56,270 nt of DNA from Novosphingobium sp. GTDB taxonomy: Bacteria > Pseudomonadota > Alphaproteobacteria > Sphingomonadales > Sphingomonadaceae. Each line of letters starts with the position of its first letter. The first letter of the stretch is position 1. Under the pieces are notes generated by a model that saw only the letters and a program-made list of their open reading frames with translations, did not search any database and was not told the DNA's origin. Positions 20,146 to 30,322 of the stretch are shown one piece after another. The translations under genes were made by a program, and so were the position numbers. Location of the stretch: positions 1 through 56,270 of the forward strand of contig JAHFPT010000029.1 of NCBI GenBank assembly GCA_023266625.1, in the 5' to 3' direction.

Positions 20146-21414
20146 CTAAACCCGATCCCACTCGACATGCAGCGCCTGCAACCCGTGCAGCATATAGGTC
20201 GGCTCATAGGCATAGCGCCGTGCCCTCGCAGGTCCATGCTGCGCTTCGGAAATCCTGATATCCGATGTTCGCGCCAGGAACTGCTCCAGCGCCACGCGCA
20301 CTTCCATCCTCGCCAAAGGCGCGCCGATGCAGGCATGCGAACCCCGGCTGAAGGCAACGTTATCGCGCACATTGGGGCGGTCGTAGTCGAAGCTGTCGGG
20401 ATCGGCGAAATGCTTGGGATCGCGGTTTGCGCCGCCGCTGCATATCGAGACGACCGAGCCTGCGGGTATTGTCACTCCGCCGATCACGCTATCCTTCACC
20501 GCCAGCCGTGACATGGTCTTTACGGGTGGATCGGTGCGCAGCACTTCCTCAATAAATTCAGGAATGCGGTGCGGCTCGCTGCGGAGTTTTTTCTGGATGT
20601 CCGGACGATCGCCCAGCGTGCGGAACGAGAAGGCGACCAGCCGCGCCGAGGTATCCTGCCCCGCGCCGAACAGGAAGCAGGCCAGCCGCGCCTTGACCTC
20701 CAGACCCGGATCGCCCCCATCCTTGAAGCGGGACTGGGCGAGATCGGTCAGCATGTCGTCCTTGGGGTTCTTCAGTCTTTCGGTGAGATAGCCCAGAAAC
20801 CTGTCATGCAGGAACAGCAGCGGGTCCGGGCCGATCTTGAAACCCTCGTCGCCGCCCAGCTGGGTCGGGTCGGGGCCCATCAGTTTGCACAGATCGTCAC
20901 GGTCTTCCTCCGGTACGCCAAGCAGATCGGCGATCACCAGCGTTGAGAGCGCATGGGCGAAGTCCTTGGTCACCTCGCAGCCGCCCCGGTCGATCAGCCC
21001 GTCGACCAGCCTTGTGACCAGGCCGGCAACATAGTCCTCATTCGCTTTCAGCCGCTTGTGGGTGAGCAGTGCTTGCAGGATGGCCCGGTGCGAGGTGTGC
21101 TCGGTGCCGTCGAAGGTGGCGAGGTGATCGGTCCAGGGCATCTCGCCGCGATGTTCGGCGATTTGGGCGCGGATATCGCCTTCGGGCGTGAATGGCAGGT
21201 GCGGCAGCGGCCCGGTGACTGCCAGTGCCGAGGAGAATACCTCGACCTGCTGGTTATAGACTTCCAGCGCCTCGTCATAGCCGGTGACCATGAAGACGTT
21301 CTGGAATGGCTCGCGGAACACCGGGCACTGCGCGCGCATATTGCCCAGATAGCCGGGGAGGTCCTGCGCGATTGCCGGATCGCTGAAGAAATCTTTCGTG
21401 TTGAGATCGCCCAT
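20146..21414 (-). CDS. Cytochrome P450
   Basis: I-helix FGAGQDTS, EEVLR (ExxR), heme motif FSRGSHACIG. ATG 21414 with GAGG SD. Confidence 0.96.
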   Translation of the reverse strand: MGDLNTKDFFSDPAIAQDLPGYLGNMRAQCPVFREPFQNVFMVTGYDEALEVYNQQVEVFSSALAVTGPLPHLPFTPEGDIRAQIAEHRGEMPWTDHLATFDGTEHTSHRAILQALLTHKRLKANEDYVAGLVTRLVDGLIDRGGCEVTKDFAHALSTLVIADLLGVPEEDRDDLCKLMGPDPTQLGGDEGFKIGPDPLLFLHDRFLGYLTERLKNPKDDMLTDLAQSRFKDGGDPGLEVKARLACFLFGAGQDTSARLVAFSFRTLGDRPDIQKKLRSEPHRIPEFIEEVLRTDPPVKTMSRLAVKDSVIGGVTIPAGSVVSICSGGANRDPKHFADPDSFDYDRPNVRDNVAFSRGSHACIGAPLARMEVRVALEQFLARTSDIRISEAQHGPARARRYAYEPTYMLHGLQALHVEWDRV

Positions 21415-21504
21415 GGCTAGCCTCTCGTATTTTGTTCTGACGGGAGGTGTGGCGCATTTTCTGGCCCCTCGCAATTGGCGTCGGCTCGCCTATAGGCGCT
21501 GGCA

Positions 21505-22626
<1,122 letters not shown>

Positions 22627-22627
22627 C

Positions 22628-23551
22628 CTATTGTTTGCGGTAAACTCCCACCACTTCTTCCCCAAACCACGCGACAAACTCGCAATATTCCTCCAAGCTC
22701 GCTGCTGGCAGCGAGGTCCAGATCCAGTTCACCCCATGCGCCTCCAACTCGGCCACCTCGCCGAGAAATTTCTCAGCATTTGCCCGGGTCATCTCCTTGG
22801 GCCGGAACGGTGGCGCTACGGACAGGTCGAACGGCCCCGTCCGTCCCATTGCCCCTCGCAACTCCTGCAGCCGCGCCACCTTCTCGCCGAAGTGCGGCAT
22901 ATCGGTCACCGCCGAACGGCGCACCACCGCATCGTTGGTCGGCACGGTGAAATAGGGCACCCAGCCATCGCCAAGCCGCGCAGCGCGTTCCAGCGCCCTG
23001 TTGCTGCCGCCGCCAACCCAGATCGGCGGGGGCGGGGAGGGGACTGGACGTGATTCGTTACCGGGCGCGTTGAAATGGCGACCCTGTTTGACCACGTCGC
23101 CGCCGGCCCAGATCTGCTGGATCGTCTCGAGCGCTTCGTCGGCCAGCGCGCCGCGCTCGGCATAGTTCACCCCCAGCGCCTCGAACTCTTCCTGCTGATA
23201 GCCGACACCGACGCCCAGCATCAGCCGGTTGCCCGAGAGGATTTGCAGGGTCGAGGCGGCCTTCGCCAGCAGGAAGGGGTTGCGGTAGGGCAGGACGATG
23301 ATGTTGGTGAACAGCTTGAGCTTGGCTGTGCAGGCGGCGACATAGGCAAAGGCGGTGAGCGGATCGGTGCAATCGTGACCGCCGGGATCATTATGCAGCC
23401 AATGCGCCGACGGAGCGGGGTGTTCAGAGGTCAGGCAGGCATCGAGCCCGGCATCCTCGAGCGAGCGGACCATGGCGCGCGCTTCATTTCCGGCGGCCTC
23501 TCCGATGCCGGGCTGGATGCGCGCGAGTGGGATATTCAGAGCGAATTTCAA
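22628..23551 (-). CDS. Luciferase-like monooxygenase (LLM) family oxidoreductase
   Basis: SEHP, DPLTAFAYVAA, VLPYRNPFLLAK, GVGVGY..EFEALG, IWVGGGS, RAARLGDGW. TTG start. Confidence 0.92.
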   Translation of the reverse strand: MKFALNIPLARIQPGIGEAAGNEARAMVRSLEDAGLDACLTSEHPAPSAHWLHNDPGGHDCTDPLTAFAYVAACTAKLKLFTNIIVLPYRNPFLLAKAASTLQILSGNRLMLGVGVGYQQEEFEALGVNYAERGALADEALETIQQIWAGGDVVKQGRHFNAPGNESRPVPSPPPPIWVGGGSNRALERAARLGDGWVPYFTVPTNDAVVRRSAVTDMPHFGEKVARLQELRGAMGRTGPFDLSVAPPFRPKEMTRANAEKFLGEVAELEAHGVNWIWTSLPAASLEEYCEFVAWFGEEVVGVYRKQ

Positions 23552-23560
23552 TGGCTTGCC

Positions 23561-23887
23561 CTAAGCATAATTGTCGCTGACCTTGTAGACCCAGAGTACC
23601 GAGGCCGGTCCATCGAGCGCGTCGGAGATCGGCATCAGCCCTTCCGCGCCGCGCCGACCCATTTCGCCCATCACGGCGCCGATATCGTCGCATTCGATCT
23701 CATAAGTTGCCAAATATTTGAGGCCCGGTTCTCCGGCCAGCGTCATCACATTCTCCAGCCGACGACCGCCGGTGACGCCCGGAATGGCGCAGATGTCGCC
23801 GAAATGCTGGTTGTCATACCATTCGTTGTAATCGTCGTCGCGTCCGGGCAGGGCCTGTGACTGAACGACCATGACATATTTTCCCAT
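23561..23887 (-). CDS. Dimeric alpha/beta-barrel (EthD/DUF4286-like) protein
   Basis: PGRDDDYNEWYDNQH..IPGV..RR..YLATYEI. Confidence 0.8.
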   Translation of the reverse strand: MGKYVMVVQSQALPGRDDDYNEWYDNQHFGDICAIPGVTGGRRLENVMTLAGEPGLKYLATYEIECDDIGAVMGEMGRRGAEGLMPISDALDGPASVLWVYKVSDNYA

Positions 23888-23915
23888 TTTCTCTCTCCTA
23901 TCAAATTATTATCAT

Positions 23916-24851
23916 TCAAATTTCGAGCGTGACGAGGTCCTCCGGTGTCAGATTCAGTTCGACCGATTTCAGGATATCCGACAGCTGCTTCAGGCTGGTG
24001 GCGCTGGCAATTGGCGCAGTGACCGATGGCCGTGCCATCAGCCAGGCGAGCGCGACTTGTGCTGGCGTTGCCCCATGGCGCGCCGCGACTGCGTCGAGCG
24101 CATCGAGCAGCTTGAGCCCGCGCTCGCTGAAATAGGCAGCAGCACTACTGCGGCGCGCGCGGCCTTCGAGGTCTTCCTTCTTGCGGTATTTGCCGGTGAG
24201 GAAGCCCGCTGCCAGCGAGAAATAGGAAATCACGCCTAGCCCATGCTTTATGCAAAGCTCTTCAGGAATACCTTCATATTCACTACGCGAGGCGAGGTTA
24301 TAATGCGGCTGGAACACTGTGTAGGGCGCGCATCCGACACCCGTGACATCCAGCGCTTCGCCTAGTTCCTGGGCTGTGTAGTTCGAAGCACCTGCGAAGC
24401 GCACTTTGCCCGCATCGATCAGCGCCTGAAAGGTCTCGAGCGTCGCTTCGACCGGCACGCCGGGATCGGCCTTATGCGCGAAATAGACGTCGATATGGTC
24501 GGTCTGGAGCCGCTTTAGCGAGGCTTCGCAGGCCCTCGGCAAATAGTCATGCCCCAGTCCCTTCAGCTCTTCGCCCATCGGCAGCCCGCCCTTGGTGATG
24601 AGCACCACCTTCTCGCGCACGCCGCGATCCTTCATCCATGCGCCGAGTACAATCTCCGATTCGCCGCCCTTATGGCCCGGCACAAAGATCGAGTAGGCGT
24701 CCGCCGTGTCGATGGCGTTGAATCCGGCATCGAGGAAGGCGTCGAGGATGGCGAAACTGGTGTCCTTGTCGGCAGTCCAGCCGAACACATTGCCGCCCAG
24801 GACCAGCGGCGCGATGTTGAGATCGGTTCCCCCGAGCTTCCTGAATTGCAT
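23916..24851 (-). CDS. Aldo/keto reductase
   Basis: LGGNVFGWT, IDTADAYS, SLKRLQTDHID, GKVR..GASN, SLAAGFLTGKY. Start ATG 24851. Confidence 0.95.
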   Translation of the reverse strand: MQFRKLGGTDLNIAPLVLGGNVFGWTADKDTSFAILDAFLDAGFNAIDTADAYSIFVPGHKGGESEIVLGAWMKDRGVREKVVLITKGGLPMGEELKGLGHDYLPRACEASLKRLQTDHIDVYFAHKADPGVPVEATLETFQALIDAGKVRFAGASNYTAQELGEALDVTGVGCAPYTVFQPHYNLASRSEYEGIPEELCIKHGLGVISYFSLAAGFLTGKYRKKEDLEGRARRSSAAAYFSERGLKLLDALDAVAARHGATPAQVALAWLMARPSVTAPIASATSLKQLSDILKSVELNLTPEDLVTLEI

Positions 24852-24938
24852 TATCTCTCTCCCGATTCTTGGGAGCCTAGTTGACCGGGCGAAAGGATTC
24901 AAACAGGCTCTTGGCAATTCGAACTGAGTGAGGTTTGC

Positions 24939-25547
24939 ATGGAGCGGTTCCCGGTCCTGCGGAAGGACGAGCTGGACCCGGCGCAGCGCGCGCTGTGGGA
25001 CGAGCTGACACTTGGTCCGCGCGGCTTCTACACTGGCGGACCCGATGCCGAGCGGCTGCCCGATCTCTACAACGCCTGGCTGCAATTTCCTGAATTCGGC
25101 GAGCTGATGGTGAAGCTGGGCGGTGCCATCCGCGCCAATACCGCGCTGCCGGGCAAGCTGCGCGAGCTGATCGTGCTGACGACCTCGGCGAAGCTCGGGG
25201 CAATGGTGGAGTTCGATTTCCACGTGCCGTTTGCGCAGAATGAGGGGCTGCCGGATGATGTGATTGAGGCGATTGCGCAGGGCCGAGAGCCACCCTTCGC
25301 CGAGGAGGCCGAGCGGATCGTCTATGCGGCCAACCTCCAGTTGCTGGACTGCGGCGCGCTGGTGCCGGAAACGCGCGAAGAGGCCATCGCTGCCTTCGGC
25401 TATCCTGGAATAATGGCGTTGATCGCGATTGTCTCAATGTATGTGGTGACGGCCTATACGACCAATGTGGCGCGGGTGAAGCTGGCCGAGGATTTTTCGG
25501 CCGATCCAGACCAGCTAAAGGACTTTTTTGCGGGCAAGCAGGCCTGA
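24939..25547 (+). CDS. Carboxymuconolactone decarboxylase / AhpD-like protein
   Basis: LPGKLRELIVL..EFDFH..GLPDDVIEAI; no CxxC. Confidence 0.82.
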   Translation: MERFPVLRKDELDPAQRALWDELTLGPRGFYTGGPDAERLPDLYNAWLQFPEFGELMVKLGGAIRANTALPGKLRELIVLTTSAKLGAMVEFDFHVPFAQNEGLPDDVIEAIAQGREPPFAEEAERIVYAANLQLLDCGALVPETREEAIAAFGYPGIMALIAIVSMYVVTAYTTNVARVKLAEDFSADPDQLKDFFAGKQA

Positions 25548-25551
25548 TTTT

Positions 25552-26169
25552 TCACGCCTCGCCGATCACCGCCACCAGTGGGTCGCCATGCATGCCATTG
25601 GCCAGCACCCTGGCGGCAATGCCGCTAAAACCAGTGTGATCCATATAGCGATGGATCAGCGAGGCATGCCCGCGCAGATCGAGCGAGCGCCAGATCGCTA
25701 CGGCCTTGGCCGGAAAGCAGCGGTTGGAAAAGCTGACGATGAACGGCGCACCAGGGCGTAGCACGCGGCGCACTTCGGCAAAGACATCGAGTGGCTGTTG
25801 CAGATACTGGACGCTGACGCAGCACAGTGCAGCATCGCAGCTGGCATCGCCGAGTGGTAGCGCGGGATCGCGGTTGAGGTTCTGCACGAAATGATTGGTG
25901 AGGCGCGGATTGGCCTTGAGTTCAGTCTGGTTCATGCCGTGGCCGATCACCTCGGCAAGCGCGAGATCGTCCGGCAGATGGCTGACCCAGCTCGACATCA
26001 GATCAAGCACAGTGCCGCCCGGCGGGATTGTCTCGCCGTAGAAACCACTCAGAGCAGCAATCGCCTGCTCGTCGATATGGGTGACCAGCCGGGGCGGTGC
26101 ATAGAAAGCACCATCGTCACCCTCGTCGATCCGGTCGAAGGCACCAGGCGGAAATTCGCCGCTAATCAT
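25552..26169 (-). CDS. SAM-dependent methyltransferase
   Basis: FYAPPRLVTHID, LDLMSSWVSHLP, CVSVQYL, RVLRPG, SFSNRCF. Confidence 0.9.
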   Translation of the reverse strand: MISGEFPPGAFDRIDEGDDGAFYAPPRLVTHIDEQAIAALSGFYGETIPPGGTVLDLMSSWVSHLPDDLALAEVIGHGMNQTELKANPRLTNHFVQNLNRDPALPLGDASCDAALCCVSVQYLQQPLDVFAEVRRVLRPGAPFIVSFSNRCFPAKAVAIWRSLDLRGHASLIHRYMDHTGFSGIAARVLANGMHGDPLVAVIGEA

Positions 26170-26273
26170 CGCCAGCCAGCGCGGCTGGCCTGGGTCTCGC
26201 TCATCGCCCGGCTCTCCTCCCTCGCCAGACCCTATCGGCTGGGCGAAGAGAAGGGAACCGCGCGTTGATTAGC

Positions 26274-27287
26274 CTAGTTCGGCTCAGGCTTGGCGTTGAT
26301 GAAGGAGTCGCTGATCTGGCAGGCTGCGGGTCCGAGAATAACGACGAACAGCACCGGCAGAATGAACAGGATCAAAGGCACAGTCATGATCGCAGGCAGG
26401 CGCGCGGCCTTTTCCTCGGCGCGCATCATCCGCTCGTTGCGGAATTCGGCCGAGAGCACACGCAGCGCCGAGGACAGCGGCGTACCATAGCGTTCAGTCT
26501 GGATCATCGTCGTGACCACTCCCTTCACCGACTCCAGGTTGACGCGATAGGCGAAATTTTCAAATGCGTGGCGCCGCTCGGTGAGGAATGACATTTCAAT
26601 CGAGGTAAGGGCGAATTCATCGCCGAGTTCTGGATAGGCGCGGCCGAGTTCCCTGGCGACGCGGTTGAAGGCGGCATCGACAGTCAGGCCTGCCTCGGCG
26701 CAGATCACCAGGAGGTCGAGCGCGTCGGGTAGGCCCTTGCGGATCGCCGCAGTGCGCTTGCCGATAAGATTGCCGATATAGATTTCCGGCCCCTTGTAAC
26801 CCAGGCCCAGCGCAGCGCCGAAGGCGATAACCTTCTTGAAGCTGCTCCAGTCGGGGACGACATTGAAAACGAAGATGAGCAGGGCAACGATCGCACCCAG
26901 GGCAATCGGCAGCACCATCCGCAGGAACAGCACGGCGAAGGCCAGTTCCTTCTTGCGGATACCGGCCTGGGCCAGCTTCTGCTGGATGATCTTGAGCTGG
27001 CTGTCCTGCAACACCTTGAGCGACGACAGCGTCTCGCGCATCCTGTCGGTGGTGTGGCTTTTGCGCACGAGGCTGGCGCGCTTCTTCGAGGTGCTGGTAA
27101 CGATGCCGGCCTTCAGCTGTTCGCGGCGGGCGTTGAGCGTCTTGACTCGCTTGGCCATGGGATCGCGCACGGTAATAGCGGCATAAATCGCCATCATCAC
27201 CGCCACCGCAGCGACGCCGACCAGGATCGTGCCAACCCAGATGACGTCGAAGCCGAGGAGCGTAGGTCCGGGCGGGGTGTTTAACAT
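26274..27287 (-). CDS. tadC: Tad pilus platform protein TadC
   Basis: LPDALDLLVICAEAGL, QTERYGTP, RAEEKAARLP. Confidence 0.95.
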   Translation of the reverse strand: MLNTPPGPTLLGFDVIWVGTILVGVAAVAVMMAIYAAITVRDPMAKRVKTLNARREQLKAGIVTSTSKKRASLVRKSHTTDRMRETLSSLKVLQDSQLKIIQQKLAQAGIRKKELAFAVLFLRMVLPIALGAIVALLIFVFNVVPDWSSFKKVIAFGAALGLGYKGPEIYIGNLIGKRTAAIRKGLPDALDLLVICAEAGLTVDAAFNRVARELGRAYPELGDEFALTSIEMSFLTERRHAFENFAYRVNLESVKGVVTTMIQTERYGTPLSSALRVLSAEFRNERMMRAEEKAARLPAIMTVPLILFILPVLFVVILGPAACQISDSFINAKPEPN

Positions 27288-27306
27288 GGCTGCCGGGTTC
27301 CCTTGC

Positions 27307-28278
27307 TTAGATCTCGAAATTGATCATTTTGGCCATGATAAATGCGCCAATCGACATCCAGATCATGCCACCTATGCCGGCCACGATCAGTCGCTGATCG
27401 ACAAAGAAGCCTCCCATATAGACCGGGTTGATCCAGTGAATAATCGCGAAGACCATAAACGGCAGCGCGCCGATAATATAGGCAGAAGCCTTCGACTCCG
27501 AGCTCATCGCCTTGATCTTCAGTTTCATCTGCGAGCGTTTGCGCAGAACGTCGGCCAGGTTTGACAGCGTCTCGGCGAGGTTGCCGCCGGTTTCGCGCTG
27601 GATCGCCAGGGTGATGACAAAAAAGTTGAATTCGGGCGTGTTGAGCCGGTCGGCGGACTCCTGCAATGCGTCTTCCATCGTGCGACCGATCTTGATCCGC
27701 TCGTTGACCAGCTTGAATTCCTCACCAACCGGGCCAGGTACTTCCGACGCCACTACGCTCATCGTTTCGGTCACCGGCAAGCCCGATCTGAGGCCGCGGA
27801 CGAGCAGTTCGATGGCTTCGGGAAATTTGGCGATGAATTTGCTGAGACGCCGGCTGACATAGAAGCCGACGACCATATGCGGCAGCCCGGCACCGACGAA
27901 CAGGCCGACGCCAAGCGAGAGCAGCGCCGCCCCGGTCTTGAAGTAGACCAGCAGCGCGACCCCCAGCGCCAGGCCGAGCGATGTATAGAGATATTGTGAG
28001 ACCGTCCATTTCTTGCCGGTGCGATGCAGCCGCAACAACAGAGCTTCGAGCCGCGAGCTGGAGCCGGCGAGCTGATGCATTCTGGGTTTGCGCGCGGCCA
28101 CGGCCTTGCGCAGCTGGGCTTCGACCTTGTCGAGCGAATTTTCGGAGTGGCGATAGCGAAGCGCCTGCAAACGGCGCGCGCTTTCCTTCGTCGGCGAAGG
28201 GCCAGCGAAGGCAACCCAGCCGAGCACCATCATCCCCATCAGGCCGAGGGCAACCAGCAGCAGTGGGAGAAAGTCCAT
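27307..28278 (-). CDS. tadB: Tad pilus platform protein TadB
   Basis: FPEAIELLVRGLRSGLP, IQRETGGNLAE, KAMSSE. Confidence 0.95.
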   Translation of the reverse strand: MDFLPLLLVALGLMGMMVLGWVAFAGPSPTKESARRLQALRYRHSENSLDKVEAQLRKAVAARKPRMHQLAGSSSRLEALLLRLHRTGKKWTVSQYLYTSLGLALGVALLVYFKTGAALLSLGVGLFVGAGLPHMVVGFYVSRRLSKFIAKFPEAIELLVRGLRSGLPVTETMSVVASEVPGPVGEEFKLVNERIKIGRTMEDALQESADRLNTPEFNFFVITLAIQRETGGNLAETLSNLADVLRKRSQMKLKIKAMSSESKASAYIIGALPFMVFAIIHWINPVYMGGFFVDQRLIVAGIGGMIWMSIGAFIMAKMINFEI

Positions 28279-28349
28279 CGTCCTCGCTTGCCTTCCTGTT
28301 CCGGCGTGCGGCGCGCTTCGGCTTCTGCCTGAGCGTGCCTATAATCCGG

Positions 28350-29645
28350 TCAATCCGCCTCTAGGGGAATCGGTACGGCCGCTTTGGCCTTCTTGCTCGG
28401 CATCATCGATTTGAAATCAAGTTTGCCCAGCAGCGATTTCTTGGCCGGGGCGAGCGACGAGCTTTCCAGCCCGTCGCTTGCGCCCATCACTGCCTTGCCA
28501 ATGTCGCGGATCGTGCCGCCCGCCTTGGTTGCGCGATTGGCTTCGGCAAAGGTTTGGCCCAGCTTTGCCGAATTGGCCGCTGCTTTGAAATCAAAGGGTA
28601 CGGAAAAGGTGATCTTGCGCTCGATCGAGGCCTCGAAATCGGCTTTGCCGATTTCGGCAGCGCCGGGCTGGACCTTGTTGGCGACGACCATGACTTGCGC
28701 ATGGTTGGCGTTTGTTTTGAGCCAGGACAACAGCCGGATTGCGTCACGCGCGGAGGCCAGCGTCATTTCCGTGACCAATACCACCACGTTCACATCGCTC
28801 AGAAGATGGGGGAAATTGATCAGCATATTGCGTGGCAGATCGATGACGGTCATCTCGAAAGCCTGGCGGAATTCTTCTTCCAGCTGGACGAAGGCCGAGC
28901 CGTCGGTCATCAACGGTGCAGTGATCGGGGCCTCGGCCGAGAGAATGGCAAGGTTATCGTTGGCGCGGATCATTGCGCGTTCGATGAACAGACCGTCGAT
29001 GCGGCTCGGGTTCTCGATCGCGTCGGTCAGACCGCGGCCCGGCTCGAGGTCGAGCGCAAGCGCGCCGGTGCCGAAATGAATGTCGAGATCGAGCAGCGCG
29101 GTCGGCACCTTGTGTTCGGCGCTGAACAGCCAGGCGAGCGATGTAGCCAGCGTCGATGCACCGACGCCGCCGCGGGTGCCGATCACGGCCGTGGAAATAT
29201 GTGACTTGGCACTCGCGCCATCGCTATGCTTGGGCGAAGCGAAGATCGCCTGGGCATTGACCAGCGCATCGCGGATCTGTCCAGGGGAAAGCGGCTTGAG
29301 CAGATAGTCGTGAATACCGCTGGAGAGCAGGTCGCGATAGAGACGGACGTCGTTGACCTGGCCGATGGCGATCACCACCGTACCGGGTTCGCAAACCTCG
29401 GCCAAGGCATTGATATCATTGAGCGGGTCACCGCTTTCCGACAGATCGACCATTAGGATGTTGGGGCTGGCCGAGATCGACAGCGACTGGACGGCATTGC
29501 GCAGGCCGCCCTTGTTGCACTTTTCAGGCTGCCAGCCCATTTCGATAATGACCGGCCGCAGCACGTCGAGCGAGGTCTCGTCGCAGACATAGGCTGCGAA
29601 AGCATCGCGATTGCCGTGCGAACCCGATTTCCAGGGTGCGTTCAT
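28350..29645 (-). CDS. cpaE: Pilus assembly protein CpaE/TadZ
   Basis: Atypical receiver domain plus deviant Walker A GTRGGVGAST, DLDIHFGT. Confidence 0.93.
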   Translation of the reverse strand: MNAPWKSGSHGNRDAFAAYVCDETSLDVLRPVIIEMGWQPEKCNKGGLRNAVQSLSISASPNILMVDLSESGDPLNDINALAEVCEPGTVVIAIGQVNDVRLYRDLLSSGIHDYLLKPLSPGQIRDALVNAQAIFASPKHSDGASAKSHISTAVIGTRGGVGASTLATSLAWLFSAEHKVPTALLDLDIHFGTGALALDLEPGRGLTDAIENPSRIDGLFIERAMIRANDNLAILSAEAPITAPLMTDGSAFVQLEEEFRQAFEMTVIDLPRNMLINFPHLLSDVNVVVLVTEMTLASARDAIRLLSWLKTNANHAQVMVVANKVQPGAAEIGKADFEASIERKITFSVPFDFKAAANSAKLGQTFAEANRATKAGGTIRDIGKAVMGASDGLESSSLAPAKKSLLGKLDFKSMMPSKKAKAAVPIPLEAD

Positions 29646-29648
29646 GGT

Positions 29649-30308
29649 TCAGTTTCCGCCTTTGGATGAAGATGCCTTGAGGCCGCCAGCGCCGGTCGGC
29701 GCGGTTGTGCGATAGGATTCAATCGCCTTGGTCGAACTCATCACTACAGTATCGCCCATTCCGGCATCGCCCTTGATCAGATGTTCGGGATTGGCGACCA
29801 TTGCCGCAAGATTGCTGTTGGTGGCGCAGCCATAATTTGTGCCCGTGGCATTATTCAGATTGGAATCGGACTTGCCCGACCAGTCGGGGCAGTGCGGAAC
29901 CGTCGCCTTGGTCCGGCTGACCACCACCCGGACCGTGCCGGAGTTGACATAGCCCGGGGTGACCGGCACGTCCGCACCAAGCAGCAGGCCGAAGCGCGCG
30001 ACCAGGTTCTCGACTGCACCGCGCGTGGCGCCGCTTTGCAGCGGATCGTCGATTGCGACCCGGTCACCATAATGCAGGTCCATTGCCTCGAACCAGCCAG
30101 CCAGCCGGCTCTGCTCGGCAAACGACAGGCCGCCAGGACCGGTGGTGACGTCGATCGTGTAATCGACCCGCTGGACAACGGGTTGATGGATGCTTTCCAG
30201 GGTTCGGTTGTTAGGCATTCCGCCGCAACCGGCCAGCGCCAGTCCGAGCGAGAGAGCAAGCGCGGTGCCGAAGGTGCGGGACATTTTAGGAGTCTGCTTG
30301 TCGATCAT
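29649..30308 (-). CDS. cpaD: Pilus lipoprotein CpaD
   Basis: Lipobox LAGC, CPDWS, NYGCATNSNLAAMVANP. Confidence 0.92.
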   Translation of the reverse strand: MIDKQTPKMSRTFGTALALSLGLALAGCGGMPNNRTLESIHQPVVQRVDYTIDVTTGPGGLSFAEQSRLAGWFEAMDLHYGDRVAIDDPLQSGATRGAVENLVARFGLLLGADVPVTPGYVNSGTVRVVVSRTKATVPHCPDWSGKSDSNLNNATGTNYGCATNSNLAAMVANPEHLIKGDAGMGDTVVMSSTKAIESYRTTAPTGAGGLKASSSKGGN

Positions 30309-30322
30309 GGTCGTTCTCTCTC

